Notes under the pieces: generated by a model
The model's database searches: none
Seen by the model: the letters and a program-made list of their open reading frames with translations, nothing else
Told to the model about the DNA's origin: nothing
NCBI GenBank assembly: GCA_035905815.1
Contig: JAMIGE010000022.1
Span: 18,360-82,359, forward strand
DNA from: Minisyncoccota bacterium
GTDB taxonomy: Bacteria > Patescibacteriota > Minisyncoccia > Phycocordibacterales > UBA5272
DNA: 64,000 nt
Direction: 5' to 3'
Shown: positions 30,780 to 40,778 of the stretch, in pieces
Position numbering within the stretch: the first letter of the stretch is position 1
Layout: each line of letters opens with the position of its first letter
Made by a program: the position numbers and the translations under genes

Positions 30780-31202
30780 TTAAACACCTCCTGCGAACAT
30801 GCCAGCGAAAAATCCTCCTACAGCACTCACTGCAAATACAATAACCCCAACAATAACACCAAATAAAACTTTTAAGATTCCCTGAAAAATATTAGAAACT
30901 TTGGTAGAAAATATTTTAATTGCTATTAATAATCCAGCACTAAAACCTAATAGTGCGTAACCTATTTGAAGAAGATAAGCAAAGCTAGGAATTATACTGT
31001 TAGAATAGTATTGAAAGATATATAATATGAAATTTATTGCTGCAAGTATCAAATACCCCCAACCAATAACTTTTAGTCTATTGTTTGGCACATGTTCTGC
31101 TGGTTGCGTTGAATTCTGTGCAGACTGCTGATTTTCTAAGTTTGCTTTTTTTAACTCATTTATAATCTCTTCTTGATTTAGAATAGTTGGGTTATTTTCC
31201 AT
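30780..31202 (-). CDS. Hypothetical membrane protein
   Basis: Polar N-terminus and three TM segments; TGTTATAAT 8 nt before ATG. Confidence 0.7.
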   Translation of the reverse strand: MENNPTILNQEEIINELKKANLENQQSAQNSTQPAEHVPNNRLKVIGWGYLILAAINFILYIFQYYSNSIIPSFAYLLQIGYALLGFSAGLLIAIKIFSTKVSNIFQGILKVLFGVIVGVIVFAVSAVGGFFAGMFAGGV

Positions 31203-31243
31203 ACAAATTAATTATAACATAGATATAAAGATTCATACAATAG

Positions 31244-31265
31244 AAAAGCCCGCATTGCGGGCTTA
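31244..31265 (-). terminator. Intrinsic terminator of cassette H
   Basis: aagcccgca-t-tgcgggctt with A-tract. Confidence 0.75.
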
Positions 31266-31320
31266 AAAACTATTTGTATTTATCATTAATTACTACCGCA
31301 GATATGTCAGATCCGATTGA

Positions 31321-31566
31321 TTATAGTCCAGCGTCCTTGAGAAGCTTCTGCTTTTTAAGGATCTGACCTGTTCTACGCCTTAGGCGCTTCAGTTCTGCCG
31401 CCAAACTACCTGAGGCCTCCCCATTTTTTGCTTTCTTGGGACTTGGCCTTTTGGTCTTATTTGCACGTTTAAGTTTTGGCTTTGGTGCTGGCAACTTTTG
31501 CGGCTTTGCTATAGTCAAAAAGGCATTTAGTACTTGCTCTGTATCTTGAGCTCCTCTTCTACCCAT
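31321..31566 (-). CDS. Small highly basic hypothetical protein (cassette H)
   Basis: 81 aa, Lys/Arg-rich; AAGGA SD; TTTACA-16-TATACT promoter at 31616-31643. Confidence 0.6.
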   Translation of the reverse strand: MGRRGAQDTEQVLNAFLTIAKPQKLPAPKPKLKRANKTKRPSPKKAKNGEASGSLAAELKRLRRRTGQILKKQKLLKDAGL

Positions 31567-31641
31567 TACTCTTTTCCTTTAAAATACAATATACATGTTA
31601 TATTGCTTCGTAAACAGTATAGCACTTTATGGAATTTTGTA

Positions 31642-31674
31642 AAACAAAACAACCCTAATCGGGTTGTTTTGTTT
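31642..31674 (-). terminator. secY terminator
   Basis: aaacaaaacaaccc/gggttgttttgttt stem. Confidence 0.8.
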
Positions 31675-31730
31675 GATTTATTTAAGGTTAAGAAGTATGC
31701 TTTAATTTATATTATAACTCAAAATATAAA

Positions 31731-33008
31731 TTAATATTCACTCATACTCATCTGAGCATCTATTTTCTTCATAAGATCTAGCGCTACAGAGACCGCAATT
31801 AATAGGGAAGTTCCACCAATTTGTACACCGCTAAAGCCTGCTGGTAGTAGCCCTTGTAGTACTACAGGTAGTATTGCTAATACTCCTAAGAATATTGCTC
31901 CTACAAATGTTAATCTAGTCATCACCTCTCCAATGTAATTAGCAGTAGCCTCTCCTGGGCGCTGTCCTGGGACAAAAGCTCCTGACTTCTGTAAATTCTC
32001 TGCAGTTTTCACTGGGTCAAAAGTTACAGCTGTATAGAAGTATGTAAACACGATAACCAATGCAAAGTATGTTAATCCATACGCCCACTGATTACTTAGG
32101 AATACACCAATATTGCTTGCAATTGTCTGCATTAGAGCATTATCACTATTTTGCATTAGCTGAGCCGCCAATTGAGGGAAAAGCAATATTGATACTGCAA
32201 AGATAATTGGCACAACTCCAGCCATGTTAAGGCGAAGTGGTAGATAAGAAGTACTAAGTCCAGCTGATGCATACCCACGAGACTGTTTGGCATGCACAAT
32301 TTCTAGAGGCCTTTCAGCTTCGGTTATATACACGATACCTGCAATTACTAATATACTAAGTAGTAAGAGTGCTGCATATCCTGCTGACTGTGACCAGTCG
32401 AATGTAGCAAGTCCAGACCATATACTTGTCGGTAAAGTAGCCACAATACCTGCAAAGATAATAAGTGAAGTACCGTTACCTATACCCTTCCAATTAATCT
32501 GCTCTCCTAGCCACAGCATCAGCATAGTGCCCGCTACCACAATAGTTACATTTGCTAATGTATTTACGTGGCTAAGCGCTGGTAACACTGACTGCTTCTG
32601 CAGTAATAGTATTAGACTGTAGCCCTGTACGAATGCTAGAGGTAGAGCAAGATAGCGTGTATAGGCTGCGTATTTACGCCTACCTACATCACCCTCCTCC
32701 TGCTGCATCTCTTTAAGCTTTGGGTACAAAACAGTAGCTAGCTGCATTATAATACTTGCTGTAATATATGGCCCAACTCCTAGCATCACTATTGATAGAT
32801 TACTTAGTCCTCCTCCTGAGAAAAGGTTAAGCAGTCCGAATAGTTGAGAGTTGTTACCACTATCTAAGAAAGTAGCAAGCTTGGCAGAGTCAATACCAGG
32901 AATTGGAATTGAGGCTAGTACGCGTGTCAAAGTCAAGACTAAAATCACGAATAATATCCTTGACCTTAGCGACTTTTCCAGCCATACCGATTTTAAATAT
33001 TTGAACAT
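31731..33008 (-). CDS. secY: Preprotein translocase SecY
   Basis: LGVGPYITASII.QL, GIGNGTSLIIF, GGTSLLI motifs. Confidence 0.97.
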   Translation of the reverse strand: MFKYLKSVWLEKSLRSRILFVILVLTLTRVLASIPIPGIDSAKLATFLDSGNNSQLFGLLNLFSGGGLSNLSIVMLGVGPYITASIIMQLATVLYPKLKEMQQEEGDVGRRKYAAYTRYLALPLAFVQGYSLILLLQKQSVLPALSHVNTLANVTIVVAGTMLMLWLGEQINWKGIGNGTSLIIFAGIVATLPTSIWSGLATFDWSQSAGYAALLLLSILVIAGIVYITEAERPLEIVHAKQSRGYASAGLSTSYLPLRLNMAGVVPIIFAVSILLFPQLAAQLMQNSDNALMQTIASNIGVFLSNQWAYGLTYFALVIVFTYFYTAVTFDPVKTAENLQKSGAFVPGQRPGEATANYIGEVMTRLTFVGAIFLGVLAILPVVLQGLLPAGFSGVQIGGTSLLIAVSVALDLMKKIDAQMSMSEY

Positions 33009-33033
33009 AATAGTTATATTATATCACTAATAT

Positions 33034-33471
33034 TTACTTTACACTACCGCCTGCCTTTTCTATTTTAGCTTTTGCTGTCTCAGAAACCATGCATCCTTCT
33101 ATTACTAGTTTCTTCTCTATTTCACCAGTGCCTAGGATTTTAACCTGAGGAAATCTAGCAAATCTAGTAGAAAGTAAGCCCTTTGCAACTACTGCCTGCC
33201 TTGTGATCACATCTCCATCATTGAAAATGTTTAAGTCAGTCAAATTAACTGGAGCGTAACCTCTTGAAATAGACTTCAGAGCGTGGATACCGCGACCCCT
33301 AAGCTTTGGCATCTTCTTAATAATATCGCGCATTGCTGGGCGCCTCTTATTACCTGCTCTAGCTGTTTGACCCTTACCTCCACGACCAGACTGCTTGCCA
33401 TGACGGCCACCACGACCTACAATTTTCGCTTTCTTATTTGGGTTGTCTCTTACGATTTGATGTAATTGCAT
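33034..33471 (-). CDS. rplO: 50S ribosomal protein L15
   Basis: VGRGG..GK.SGRG.KGQ.AR, VKILG.G, IEKAGG. Confidence 0.96.
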   Translation of the reverse strand: MQLHQIVRDNPNKKAKIVGRGGRHGKQSGRGGKGQTARAGNKRRPAMRDIIKKMPKLRGRGIHALKSISRGYAPVNLTDLNIFNDGDVITRQAVVAKGLLSTRFARFPQVKILGTGEIEKKLVIEGCMVSETAKAKIEKAGGSVK

Positions 33472-33475
33472 ATAT

Positions 33476-34078
33476 TTATTTAATAGCTAATTGCTCCAGA
33501 GCCTTCATAGTTGCGCGAGCGTTGTTAAGTTTATTCTTGGTACCTCCGTGGAATTTAGCTGTAGTATCAGTAATACCAGCAAGTGCAAATATTACCCTTG
33601 CAGATGATCCAGCGATCAATCCTTTACCTTTGTTAGGAGCCATCCATACGCGCGCAGTATCGAACTTTGCATCCACTTCATGCATTATGCTTTTATTTTT
33701 AGATAGCTTTACAGTTATCATATTCTTCTTTGCATCCTTGATAGCCTTGTCCATGGCTGCAGCATTGTCTAATGCCTTACCTGTACCTAGTCCTACTCTA
33801 CCATTTCTATCGCCGATAACTACTGATGCGGCCAAAGAGAATCTACGTCCTCCTGATACCACACGTGTTACACGCCTAATACTAATAGCTTTTGAGTCGA
33901 ACTCTGGCTTCTCGCGAGGAGCGCGTGGAGCTCTTGGCCTTCTGTCTCCAGACTTAAACGGAGCACGTGCACCTGCCTGTCTTGGAGCTCTTGTAAAACT
34001 CTTCCTCTCTGCTGGAGCGGCAGCTGGCGCTGCAGCTACTGCTGCACTGTCTTGTGTTTTGATTGTTTCGTCTTGCAT
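33476..34078 (-). CDS. rpsE: 30S ribosomal protein S5
   Basis: [22 protein letters not shown]; start trimmed to MQDET. Confidence 0.96.
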   Translation of the reverse strand: MQDETIKTQDSAAVAAAPAAAPAERKSFTRAPRQAGARAPFKSGDRRPRAPRAPREKPEFDSKAISIRRVTRVVSGGRRFSLAASVVIGDRNGRVGLGTGKALDNAAAMDKAIKDAKKNMITVKLSKNKSIMHEVDAKFDTARVWMAPNKGKGLIAGSSARVIFALAGITDTTAKFHGGTKNKLNNARATMKALEQLAIK

Positions 34079-34082
34079 ATAT

Positions 34083-34433
34083 TTAGAATTTAAGTCCAGC
34101 CTCGCGTGCTGCATCTGCTAAAGCTTTGATTCGACCAGCATAAGAGAATCCACCTCTGTCAAACACCACTGCCTCTATCTTGGATGACTTTGCTTTGTTT
34201 GCAATTTCGGCTCCAACTAGCTTTGCGCGCTCTACCTTGTTTGTCTTAGCATCACTTTTAATATCACTAGCAGCTGCAATAGTTACAGCTTTGCTATCAT
34301 CAATCAATTGTGCGTATATAAACTTGTTTGAACGGAAAACGGCCAACCTTGGTCTTGCCTCAGTACCGATTACAGTAGATCTGATCATTCTGTGCTTTCT
34401 CTCTCTTTTAATTGTTTTAAGTTTTGTATTCAT
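34083..34433 (-). CDS. rplR: 50S ribosomal protein L18
   Basis: [24 protein letters not shown]. Confidence 0.97.
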   Translation of the reverse strand: MNTKLKTIKRERKHRMIRSTVIGTEARPRLAVFRSNKFIYAQLIDDSKAVTIAAASDIKSDAKTNKVERAKLVGAEIANKAKSSKIEAVVFDRGGFSYAGRIKALADAAREAGLKF

Positions 34434-34444
34434 ATATTTATAGA

Positions 34445-34978
34445 CTAAGCGCTCTTCTTACCTTCCTTACGTCTAATAACTTCATCAGAATATCTAATAC
34501 CTTTACCCTTGTATGGCTCAGGCATTTTAACTTTTCTAACTTTCATAGCAAAGCTCGACACCATTTCTTTGTCTATTCCACTGATTGTCATTTCCCCTTT
34601 TTCTGCTTTGATTGCTAGACCTTCTGGTATATCCATCATAACAGGATGAGAAAATCCCATGTTCAATTGCACCTGCTTACCTTTTACTTCCCATTTGTAT
34701 CCAACTCCTTCCACCAAAAGCTTCTTCTCGAATCCGTCAGTAACACCCTTTAGCATATTCTGTACGTGGCTCATATAAGTACCCCAGATACTTCTAGAGA
34801 ATTTATCATTGCGCCTAGGAGCTGATGTAATCTCTGCGCCTTCGATCTTAAATTCGATCTCGTCACGCAAATCACGCACCAGTGTACCCTTCGGACCTTT
34901 AACAGATACAGAATTATTAGTAAAGTTAACCTCTACTCCAGCTGGTATATTTAATACTTGTTTTCCTATTCTACTCAT
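34445..34978 (-). CDS. rplF: 50S ribosomal protein L6
   Basis: MSRIGK, PEPYKGKGIRY. Confidence 0.97.
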   Translation of the reverse strand: MSRIGKQVLNIPAGVEVNFTNNSVSVKGPKGTLVRDLRDEIEFKIEGAEITSAPRRNDKFSRSIWGTYMSHVQNMLKGVTDGFEKKLLVEGVGYKWEVKGKQVQLNMGFSHPVMMDIPEGLAIKAEKGEMTISGIDKEMVSSFAMKVRKVKMPEPYKGKGIRYSDEVIRRKEGKKSA

Positions 34979-34982
34979 ATGT

Positions 34983-35372
34983 TTACCAAATTTCGAATAA
35001 TGCCTCGCCGCCTACATTCTCTTTACGAGCCTGTGCTCCAGACATTATACCCTTTGGGGTAGATAATACTAATAATCCAAATCCATTTCGAACCTTATAT
35101 ATGTCTTTGGTGCTCATATACTGCCTACCTCCTAGCTTACTTAGTCTTTTGACTCCGTTCACCTTTGATACTTTGCCTGTATACTCTAGAGCAATTTTAA
35201 TCTCTTTCTTAACACTATCCTTCTCCACTACATTAGCAGCTTTGATATAGCCTGCCTCTTTTAATACCTCTAGTATTGCTAGCTTCATCTTTGAATGTGG
35301 GATCACAGTCTCGCCCTTTCTGACTGCTCCAGCATTCTTGATAGAAATTAGCATGTTCATTATTTGATCCAT
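34983..35372 (-). CDS. rpsH: 30S ribosomal protein S8
   Basis: LSTPKGIM...AR...VGGE. Confidence 0.96.
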   Translation of the reverse strand: MDQIMNMLISIKNAGAVRKGETVIPHSKMKLAILEVLKEAGYIKAANVVEKDSVKKEIKIALEYTGKVSKVNGVKRLSKLGGRQYMSTKDIYKVRNGFGLLVLSTPKGIMSGAQARKENVGGEALFEIW

Positions 35373-35384
35373 ATATATTTCAGA

Positions 35385-35570
35385 TTACCAAGAAGACTTT
35401 GTGATACCAGGTATCATGCCTTCATTAGCGAGTTCACGGAAGCAAGTACGACATAAGTCGAAATCTCGCATGTATCCGTGTTTGCGACCACATTTAAAGC
35501 AGCGTCTTACAATCCTTGTGCTAAACTTGGGCTTCTTATTAGCCCTTGCTATTACTGATGTCTTTGCCAT
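35385..35570 (-). CDS. rpsN: 30S ribosomal protein S14 (zinc-binding type Z)
   Basis: RC..CGR...LCR.CFRE..G.IPG.TKSSW. Confidence 0.97.
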   Translation of the reverse strand: MAKTSVIARANKKPKFSTRIVRRCFKCGRKHGYMRDFDLCRTCFRELANEGMIPGITKSSW

Positions 35571-35712
35571 TTTAAATTGTTATTATCTATTAAGCCTATA
35601 TAATATCATCTGTACAAATTCCTATTCCTAGACTATCTGGACAGAGATTTTTATAAGCTTTTGGATTATAACATAAAACTCATATAAAAGCTAGACTATA
35701 AAACAATAAGAA

Positions 35713-35736
35713 AACACCCCGTATAAACGGGGTGTT
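35713..35736 (-). terminator. Intrinsic terminator of cassette I
   Basis: aacaccccg-tataaa-cggggtgtt. Confidence 0.8.
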
Positions 35737-35772
35737 GGTTAGTATCCAAAAAGGTTAAAGAGGTGCTTAGGA

Positions 35773-36396
35773 CTAAGTGCTCTTACGAACCCCAGCAAAC
35801 CACCAATTACGATACTTATTAGCCCAGTATTGGGTACCCTGCTGACCTACACGGACGGAGCGCACGCCACGTACGCGGGAGAAGCTTGCGTAGCAGTGCT
35901 CGTTTTCAGCATTAGTCCACTGTGTGGCATATCGATATACTCCAGCAGAAGCAAGGTCAGCTTCATTTATGCTTGCCAGAGTGAATGGGTCTACTGGCAC
36001 AAGTCCGAGCCTTTCATAAAAATAGTACAAGTGAACAGGTTTCACTCGGCCATATTTAAACTCGAAGAAATACACGTCAACTTCGGTGGATGTTCCGCGC
36101 GGCATCTCAGACGCAACGGAATCTTTTAGATATATCTGACGACCCTTGCTTTTGAAAGCTTCCTTAATGTTAAGACTAAGGTCCACCGTAGTGCGGCGGA
36201 CAATCATATCATTAACATCCTTTGCACGGTCCTGAAATACAGAGAACATTTCACCAGCGAGACTTTCTGTATCGAGCACAACCTGAGCCGCCGCAAAGGG
36301 AACCTCTGAAGCACGCATTGCAACCATGGAGCTGAATTTTTCGACCAGTTCACTAACTTGGTCTGGTGTCATTTTTGATGGGGTCATGTTGGGCAT
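35773..36396 (-). CDS. Hypothetical protein (cassette I)
   Basis: AGGAG SD; TTGACT-17-TAATCT promoter at 36451-36479; aromatic C-terminus WWFAGVRK. Confidence 0.8.
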   Translation of the reverse strand: MPNMTPSKMTPDQVSELVEKFSSMVAMRASEVPFAAAQVVLDTESLAGEMFSVFQDRAKDVNDMIVRRTTVDLSLNIKEAFKSKGRQIYLKDSVASEMPRGTSTEVDVYFFEFKYGRVKPVHLYYFYERLGLVPVDPFTLASINEADLASAGVYRYATQWTNAENEHCYASFSRVRGVRSVRVGQQGTQYWANKYRNWWFAGVRKST

Positions 36397-36545
36397 TGCG
36401 TCGTCTCCTATTTGAAAAGGTGCTATGAACGGTTGTTCATACTGTTGGACAGATTAGCATATTTTACATATTAAGTCAAGGGGTCGTATTAGCTCACCAC
36501 CTTGAGAACACTTGTAATAAAATAAATATATGTGTATACAAAATG

Positions 36546-36566
36546 AAAGCGCCCAGTGGGCGCTTT
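36546..36566 (-). terminator. Intrinsic terminator of cassette J
   Basis: aaagcgccc-agt-gggcgcttt. Confidence 0.8.
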
Positions 36567-36571
36567 GAAAG

Positions 36572-37444
36572 TTATTTATAAATTGCAGCGAGTTTATCCC
36601 TCTGCCTACCCTTCTCATCAAGTACACGCAGTTCAAGGCACTCGGCCAGGGGCTTATAAATCCGATAATCGGGATTATTCATTTTGATACGCGTTGCAAT
36701 TTCTGCTATCGTACCCGGCATTGCCATATCGCATAACCGAGCTGTATCATTGCGCAGCTTGATGTTGTATCCCAAGTCCGACTCGCCATGCTTTTGCTTT
36801 GGTGGGTACGCAGCGCACAAGCGCTCATACTTGTTCGCCCAGATATCTTTGGACGAAGTGTGCCTTAGTAAGTCGCATGCCAGCAATCCCTTTGTTCTCA
36901 AATTGGCCGGCTGAACGAACACAGAGTCAGGTACACCATTTGGATCGTTTAATATAACTTTGAATTTCTCATGGTCACTTTTACTGATAAGTATTCTAGG
37001 CAGGCTTGTAATTTCGTCTGGGCATGGGTCATTCTCTGGCAATTGCCGATTTTGACTCCAGCAGTATCTGTAGAGAGGATGCGGACCGGGTCCTGACGTA
37101 GGGCCAGTGCTAGCCTCGCTTGGTGGCACAATTGGATATGGTGTAGATTTTGGACCTCCACCTGTTATGGGTGGGCAATTATCAGCAGATGCTACATAGC
37201 TATTGTTTGTAATACACCAATAATCGGCTGGCGATTTGGCTACGTGGGTGGGTACTACAGAATCTGAGCTTGCCGCTGCTGTAGCATTTAGCGGAGCGCT
37301 AGGCTCAGTGTTTTTAATTTTAGAACTTTCTACTACTGGTGGCGGATTCGTCTTCGGCGCATCCACATCTATTCCACCACTACTACATGCGGACAGCATA
37401 ACAGCGCCAATCATTATCAGATAAACTTTTAAAGAACTTTTCAT
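36572..37444 (-). CDS. Putative lipoprotein, Pro/Cys-rich (cassette J)
   Basis: MKSSLK-hydrophobic-LSAC lipobox; GGAG SD; TTGAAA-17-TAGTAT promoter at 37477-37505. Confidence 0.8.
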   Translation of the reverse strand: MKSSLKVYLIMIGAVMLSACSSGGIDVDAPKTNPPPVVESSKIKNTEPSAPLNATAAASSDSVVPTHVAKSPADYWCITNNSYVASADNCPPITGGGPKSTPYPIVPPSEASTGPTSGPGPHPLYRYCWSQNRQLPENDPCPDEITSLPRILISKSDHEKFKVILNDPNGVPDSVFVQPANLRTKGLLACDLLRHTSSKDIWANKYERLCAAYPPKQKHGESDLGYNIKLRNDTARLCDMAMPGTIAEIATRIKMNNPDYRIYKPLAECLELRVLDEKGRQRDKLAAIYK

Positions 37445-37604
37445 TCTACTCTCCAGAGTAGTATTGAGACTTACACATACTAAAACAATTTAAACCATAT
37501 TTCAAGTGACGCACACTCACGACGCGACAGTTAATAATACGCCGTGTTAGTCTAAATCTAAAAACTGAGTTAAATATTAAAACTATATTGTTAAGAATAA
37601 ATTC

Positions 37605-38873
37605 CTAGCAGACTTGTGTATAGCTCCCCAAGAGCTTGTCCACACTTACTATTTCTGAATCTGCAGATTTCCTCTCTTTCATTTCTACTCCACCGGAAGC
37701 TATGCTTTTCTCACTGACTACTATTCTCATTGGCATGCCCAGCAGATCTGCATCAGAGAATTTCTCCCCCGCGCCCACGCCTAACCTATCATCGAACAGT
37801 ACCTCTACCCCTGCGAGTGTTAGCTTGTTATATATGTCCGTTGCTAATACATACGAAGCTTCATCTGCACTTTTAGCAAGAGCTAGTAAATGTATAGAAA
37901 ACGGGGCAATTGCTGCAGGCCAAATTATACCTCTGTCGTCATGTGACAGCTCGGTGATTACGCCCATCAGTCTAGTCACACCTATTCCATAGGATCCCAA
38001 ATACACAGGCACACTCTCACCCGACTCATTCTTGTAATATAGTCCCATCTCTTCGCACTTACCAGTACCAAAGCTAAATATATTGCCAACCTCTGCTGAC
38101 ACCTTTTTATCAAAGTCCTCTGGCTTGGCATTCATCTTGGCTAAAGTCTCCTCGTTAAACACCTCCTCATTAATCGCATAATTGTCATTCTTGTGTATAT
38201 ATATGATATCTTCTCCGGCGTCGCACACTGTCTGAAATTCATGACTGAACTTATCCGTAAATACTCCACCCGAGGCAGAAGTCACATAAGTTATATCTCC
38301 TAGACCCAGTTCGCGATATATATTCATATAGCTTTCAATAGTTTTATTATAAAAGTCCATATGCTGAGCTTCATCTATACTATATGAATACATATCCTTC
38401 ATTATGAATTCCCTACATCGCATTACACCAGCCTTGGCCCTTGTCTCATTTCTTAATTTATTCTGAAATTGATGCACATATGCTGGCAAAGTCTTATAAC
38501 TATTGATAAAGCTCTTCATCATATTAGTAATAGGCTCCTCATGACTCCACCCTAGCCCAATCTCTGTACCGCTTTTTAAATTTGTCTTGAACCAAATGTC
38601 TACTTTATCATCACTCCATCTGTCTGTCTGCTCCCACACTTCCTTATTCTGTATACTAGACATGATAAGCTCATTGGAGCCTAACTTAAGCATTTCGCGA
38701 TTAATAATTCCTTTAATATTACTAATTACTTTAAATCCAAGTGGCAGCAAGCTGTATACCCCAGCCATTTCTTTGTGTATATATCCTGCGCGTATTAGCA
38801 ATTGGGCGTTTGTAGACACCTCATCTGCTGGCGCTTGCTTGCTTGTCTTTGTAAATAATTGTGTTTGCCTCAT
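37605..38873 (-). CDS. proS: Proline--tRNA ligase (short form, no INS editing domain)
   Basis: MRQTQLF.KT, HEE, K.RNE.R, REF.MKD.YS, GSYGIGV.R. Confidence 0.95.
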   Translation of the reverse strand: MRQTQLFTKTSKQAPADEVSTNAQLLIRAGYIHKEMAGVYSLLPLGFKVISNIKGIINREMLKLGSNELIMSSIQNKEVWEQTDRWSDDKVDIWFKTNLKSGTEIGLGWSHEEPITNMMKSFINSYKTLPAYVHQFQNKLRNETRAKAGVMRCREFIMKDMYSYSIDEAQHMDFYNKTIESYMNIYRELGLGDITYVTSASGGVFTDKFSHEFQTVCDAGEDIIYIHKNDNYAINEEVFNEETLAKMNAKPEDFDKKVSAEVGNIFSFGTGKCEEMGLYYKNESGESVPVYLGSYGIGVTRLMGVITELSHDDRGIIWPAAIAPFSIHLLALAKSADEASYVLATDIYNKLTLAGVEVLFDDRLGVGAGEKFSDADLLGMPMRIVVSEKSIASGGVEMKERKSADSEIVSVDKLLGSYTQVC

Positions 38874-38918
38874 TAGACTATTATATAATAAATATGAAAT
38901 TTAAAACAGCCCTATAAT

Positions 38919-39197
38919 TTAATTAAACAATTCGCTGTGGGAACCAATATTCACAAGCTCAAGAACAAGAATGGATTCAATTTTTAGATACAACAACACA
39001 ACATCTGGCTGAATATGCACATCGCGGAACCCTTTATATTCTCCTGTCAGTGCGTGATCTCGATATTTAGGGGGTAGGATTTTTCCTTTTTCCAAAAGCC
39101 CTACAACATACTCAAACTCTTGAATATTGAAGGTTTTACTCCTAAGAACTCTTTTAAAAGATTTACGAAAACTTCTAGTTGTGACTATTTTATACAT
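38919..39197 (-). CDS. YafQ-family type II toxin (RelE superfamily mRNA interferase)
   Basis: YRDHALTG.YKG.RD.HI.PD..L.Y, IGSHSELF. Confidence 0.92.
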   Translation of the reverse strand: MYKIVTTRSFRKSFKRVLRSKTFNIQEFEYVVGLLEKGKILPPKYRDHALTGEYKGFRDVHIQPDVVLLYLKIESILVLELVNIGSHSELFN

Positions 39198-39374
39198 TTA
39201 CCAATTTAGAGAATCAGCCAGCATTGATTTTACACTTTTATATCTCTTCCCTTCTTGTAGTGCCTCTATACATTCAATTTTATACGCATTAGATTTAGCC
39301 AGCTTGTTCATAACTGTTTTAACCTGGCCGGATTTGGTCTTTAAACTATTTGATTTGGATGCGACTTTCAACAT
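39198..39374 (-). CDS. Putative short antitoxin partner of YafQ
   Basis: 58 aa immediately upstream of the toxin; DinJ-like C-terminus (EAL..GKRY.SV..ML); leaderless TGCTATAAT-6-ATG. Confidence 0.6.
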   Translation of the reverse strand: MLKVASKSNSLKTKSGQVKTVMNKLAKSNAYKIECIEALQEGKRYKSVKSMLADSLNW

Positions 39375-39422
39375 AATACAATTATAGCATTTAGACAATA
39401 TTAAAAGCAACTCACTTATTCC

Positions 39423-39474
39423 AAAGCAAACGACCAAAAACAGCCCTATCGGGCTGTTTTTGGTCGTTTGCTTT
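39423..39474. terminator. Long perfect hairpin / terminator
   Basis: 24-bp perfect inverted repeat with tatc loop. Confidence 0.85.
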
Positions 39475-39475
39475 A

Positions 39476-39757
39476 CTATTTCGAATTTGAATATAGTCTA
39501 TCTCTCAAATTGTCCAACACCCCCTCTTCTCTATGAAGGCTTATTCTTCTTTCTTCAATTAATTCGTTAAATTTTTTAACTATCGAACCCTCTCCTAATT
39601 TAGCCTTATACCCTTCTGGGTATCCACCAAATAATTGATTAAATATTGCCCTTGCTTCTGATAAACTTTTTTTGTAAATTTCAACCTTCTCTTTCTGTGT
39701 CTCAACCTGCTGCTTTATTTCCTCAATTCCTTCATTTGTATTTTTTACTCCTTCCAT
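39476..39757 (-). CDS. Hypothetical coiled-coil protein
   Basis: 93 aa ORF, aaatatATG start context, followed by terminator. Confidence 0.65.
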   Translation of the reverse strand: MEGVKNTNEGIEEIKQQVETQKEKVEIYKKSLSEARAIFNQLFGGYPEGYKAKLGEGSIVKKFNELIEERRISLHREEGVLDNLRDRLYSNSK

Positions 39758-40008
39758 ATATTTATTTCATTTATTATTTACTTCTTATTAAGATTGATTA
39801 CCGCTTTACTCTTACATTTTAATAGTAATAGATATATATTGGAAGCTGGTTATCCACAATGGAATACTTATTAAATTCCAGACTAATTACAAGCCAGACC
39901 TAACTGATACAAGCAATATTAGCACCTACTCTACGAGCTTTGACTTTTTGGATAACGAGACAAATATATACACAGATTTAAATAATATTTTCATGATATA
40001 ATATAAAT

Positions 40009-40698
40009 ATGCAAAAAAGTAAAAAACCAATAATAATATCTGTAGGAGGATCACTAATTGTACAAGATAAAGTGAACTCAGAATTTTTAAAAAACCTAAC
40101 GCTCACCATTCGGGATCAAATCCAAAAAGGTGAGCGTTTTATTCTGGTTACTGGCGGTGGAAAAGTGTGTCGCAACTACCAAGAAGCAATTTATAACTTT
40201 TACCCCAATAATAAAACTTTAGCAGACTGGATAGGGATACACACGACCATACTTAATGCACAACTACTAAAACTAATATTCCAAGACCTTTCTCATGATA
40301 AACTAGTTGGCAATCCTGATGAAAAGTATGACTGGCAAACCCCTATATTAATTGGTGCCGGCTATGAGCCTGGACATAGTACTGACTACGATACAGTAAA
40401 ACTTGCAATGACATATGGAGCGAATAAAATAATTAACTTATCAAATATAGATTACGTATATGACAGCGACCCGAGACATAACCCGAGCGCTAAACGATTT
40501 GAAAAAGTATCATGGTCAGAATTCCTGACATGCATACCGGAAGAATGGACTCCTGGCCTTAACAGCCCTTTTGACCCCACCGCTGCCAGACTAGCAAAGG
40601 AAAATAATATAGAAGTAGCAATGATTAACGGATTCGCAATTGAAAGGCTTAATGATTATTTAAACGACAAAGATTTCATTGGCACTAGAATATATTAA
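40009..40698 (+). CDS. pyrH: UMP kinase (archaeal-type)
   Basis: ISVGGS, TGGG..CR.YQ, D.IGI..T, PGHSTD, N.DYVY..DP, PFDP.A. Confidence 0.92.
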   Translation: MQKSKKPIIISVGGSLIVQDKVNSEFLKNLTLTIRDQIQKGERFILVTGGGKVCRNYQEAIYNFYPNNKTLADWIGIHTTILNAQLLKLIFQDLSHDKLVGNPDEKYDWQTPILIGAGYEPGHSTDYDTVKLAMTYGANKIINLSNIDYVYDSDPRHNPSAKRFEKVSWSEFLTCIPEEWTPGLNSPFDPTAARLAKENNIEVAMINGFAIERLNDYLNDKDFIGTRIY

Positions 40699-40778
40699 AT
40701 AAAATATATTAAACAATATTTAAAGCTGGCACTATACTTTATAACAATTTAAAACCGCCACAATTGTGACGGTTAATG

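Noticed and set aside
39849-39860. DnaA box (TTATCCACA) as oriC; also TTATACACA near 1830 and 9187
   Set aside because: Isolated single boxes, no cluster, no dnaA/dnaN nearby and no switch in gene strand bias
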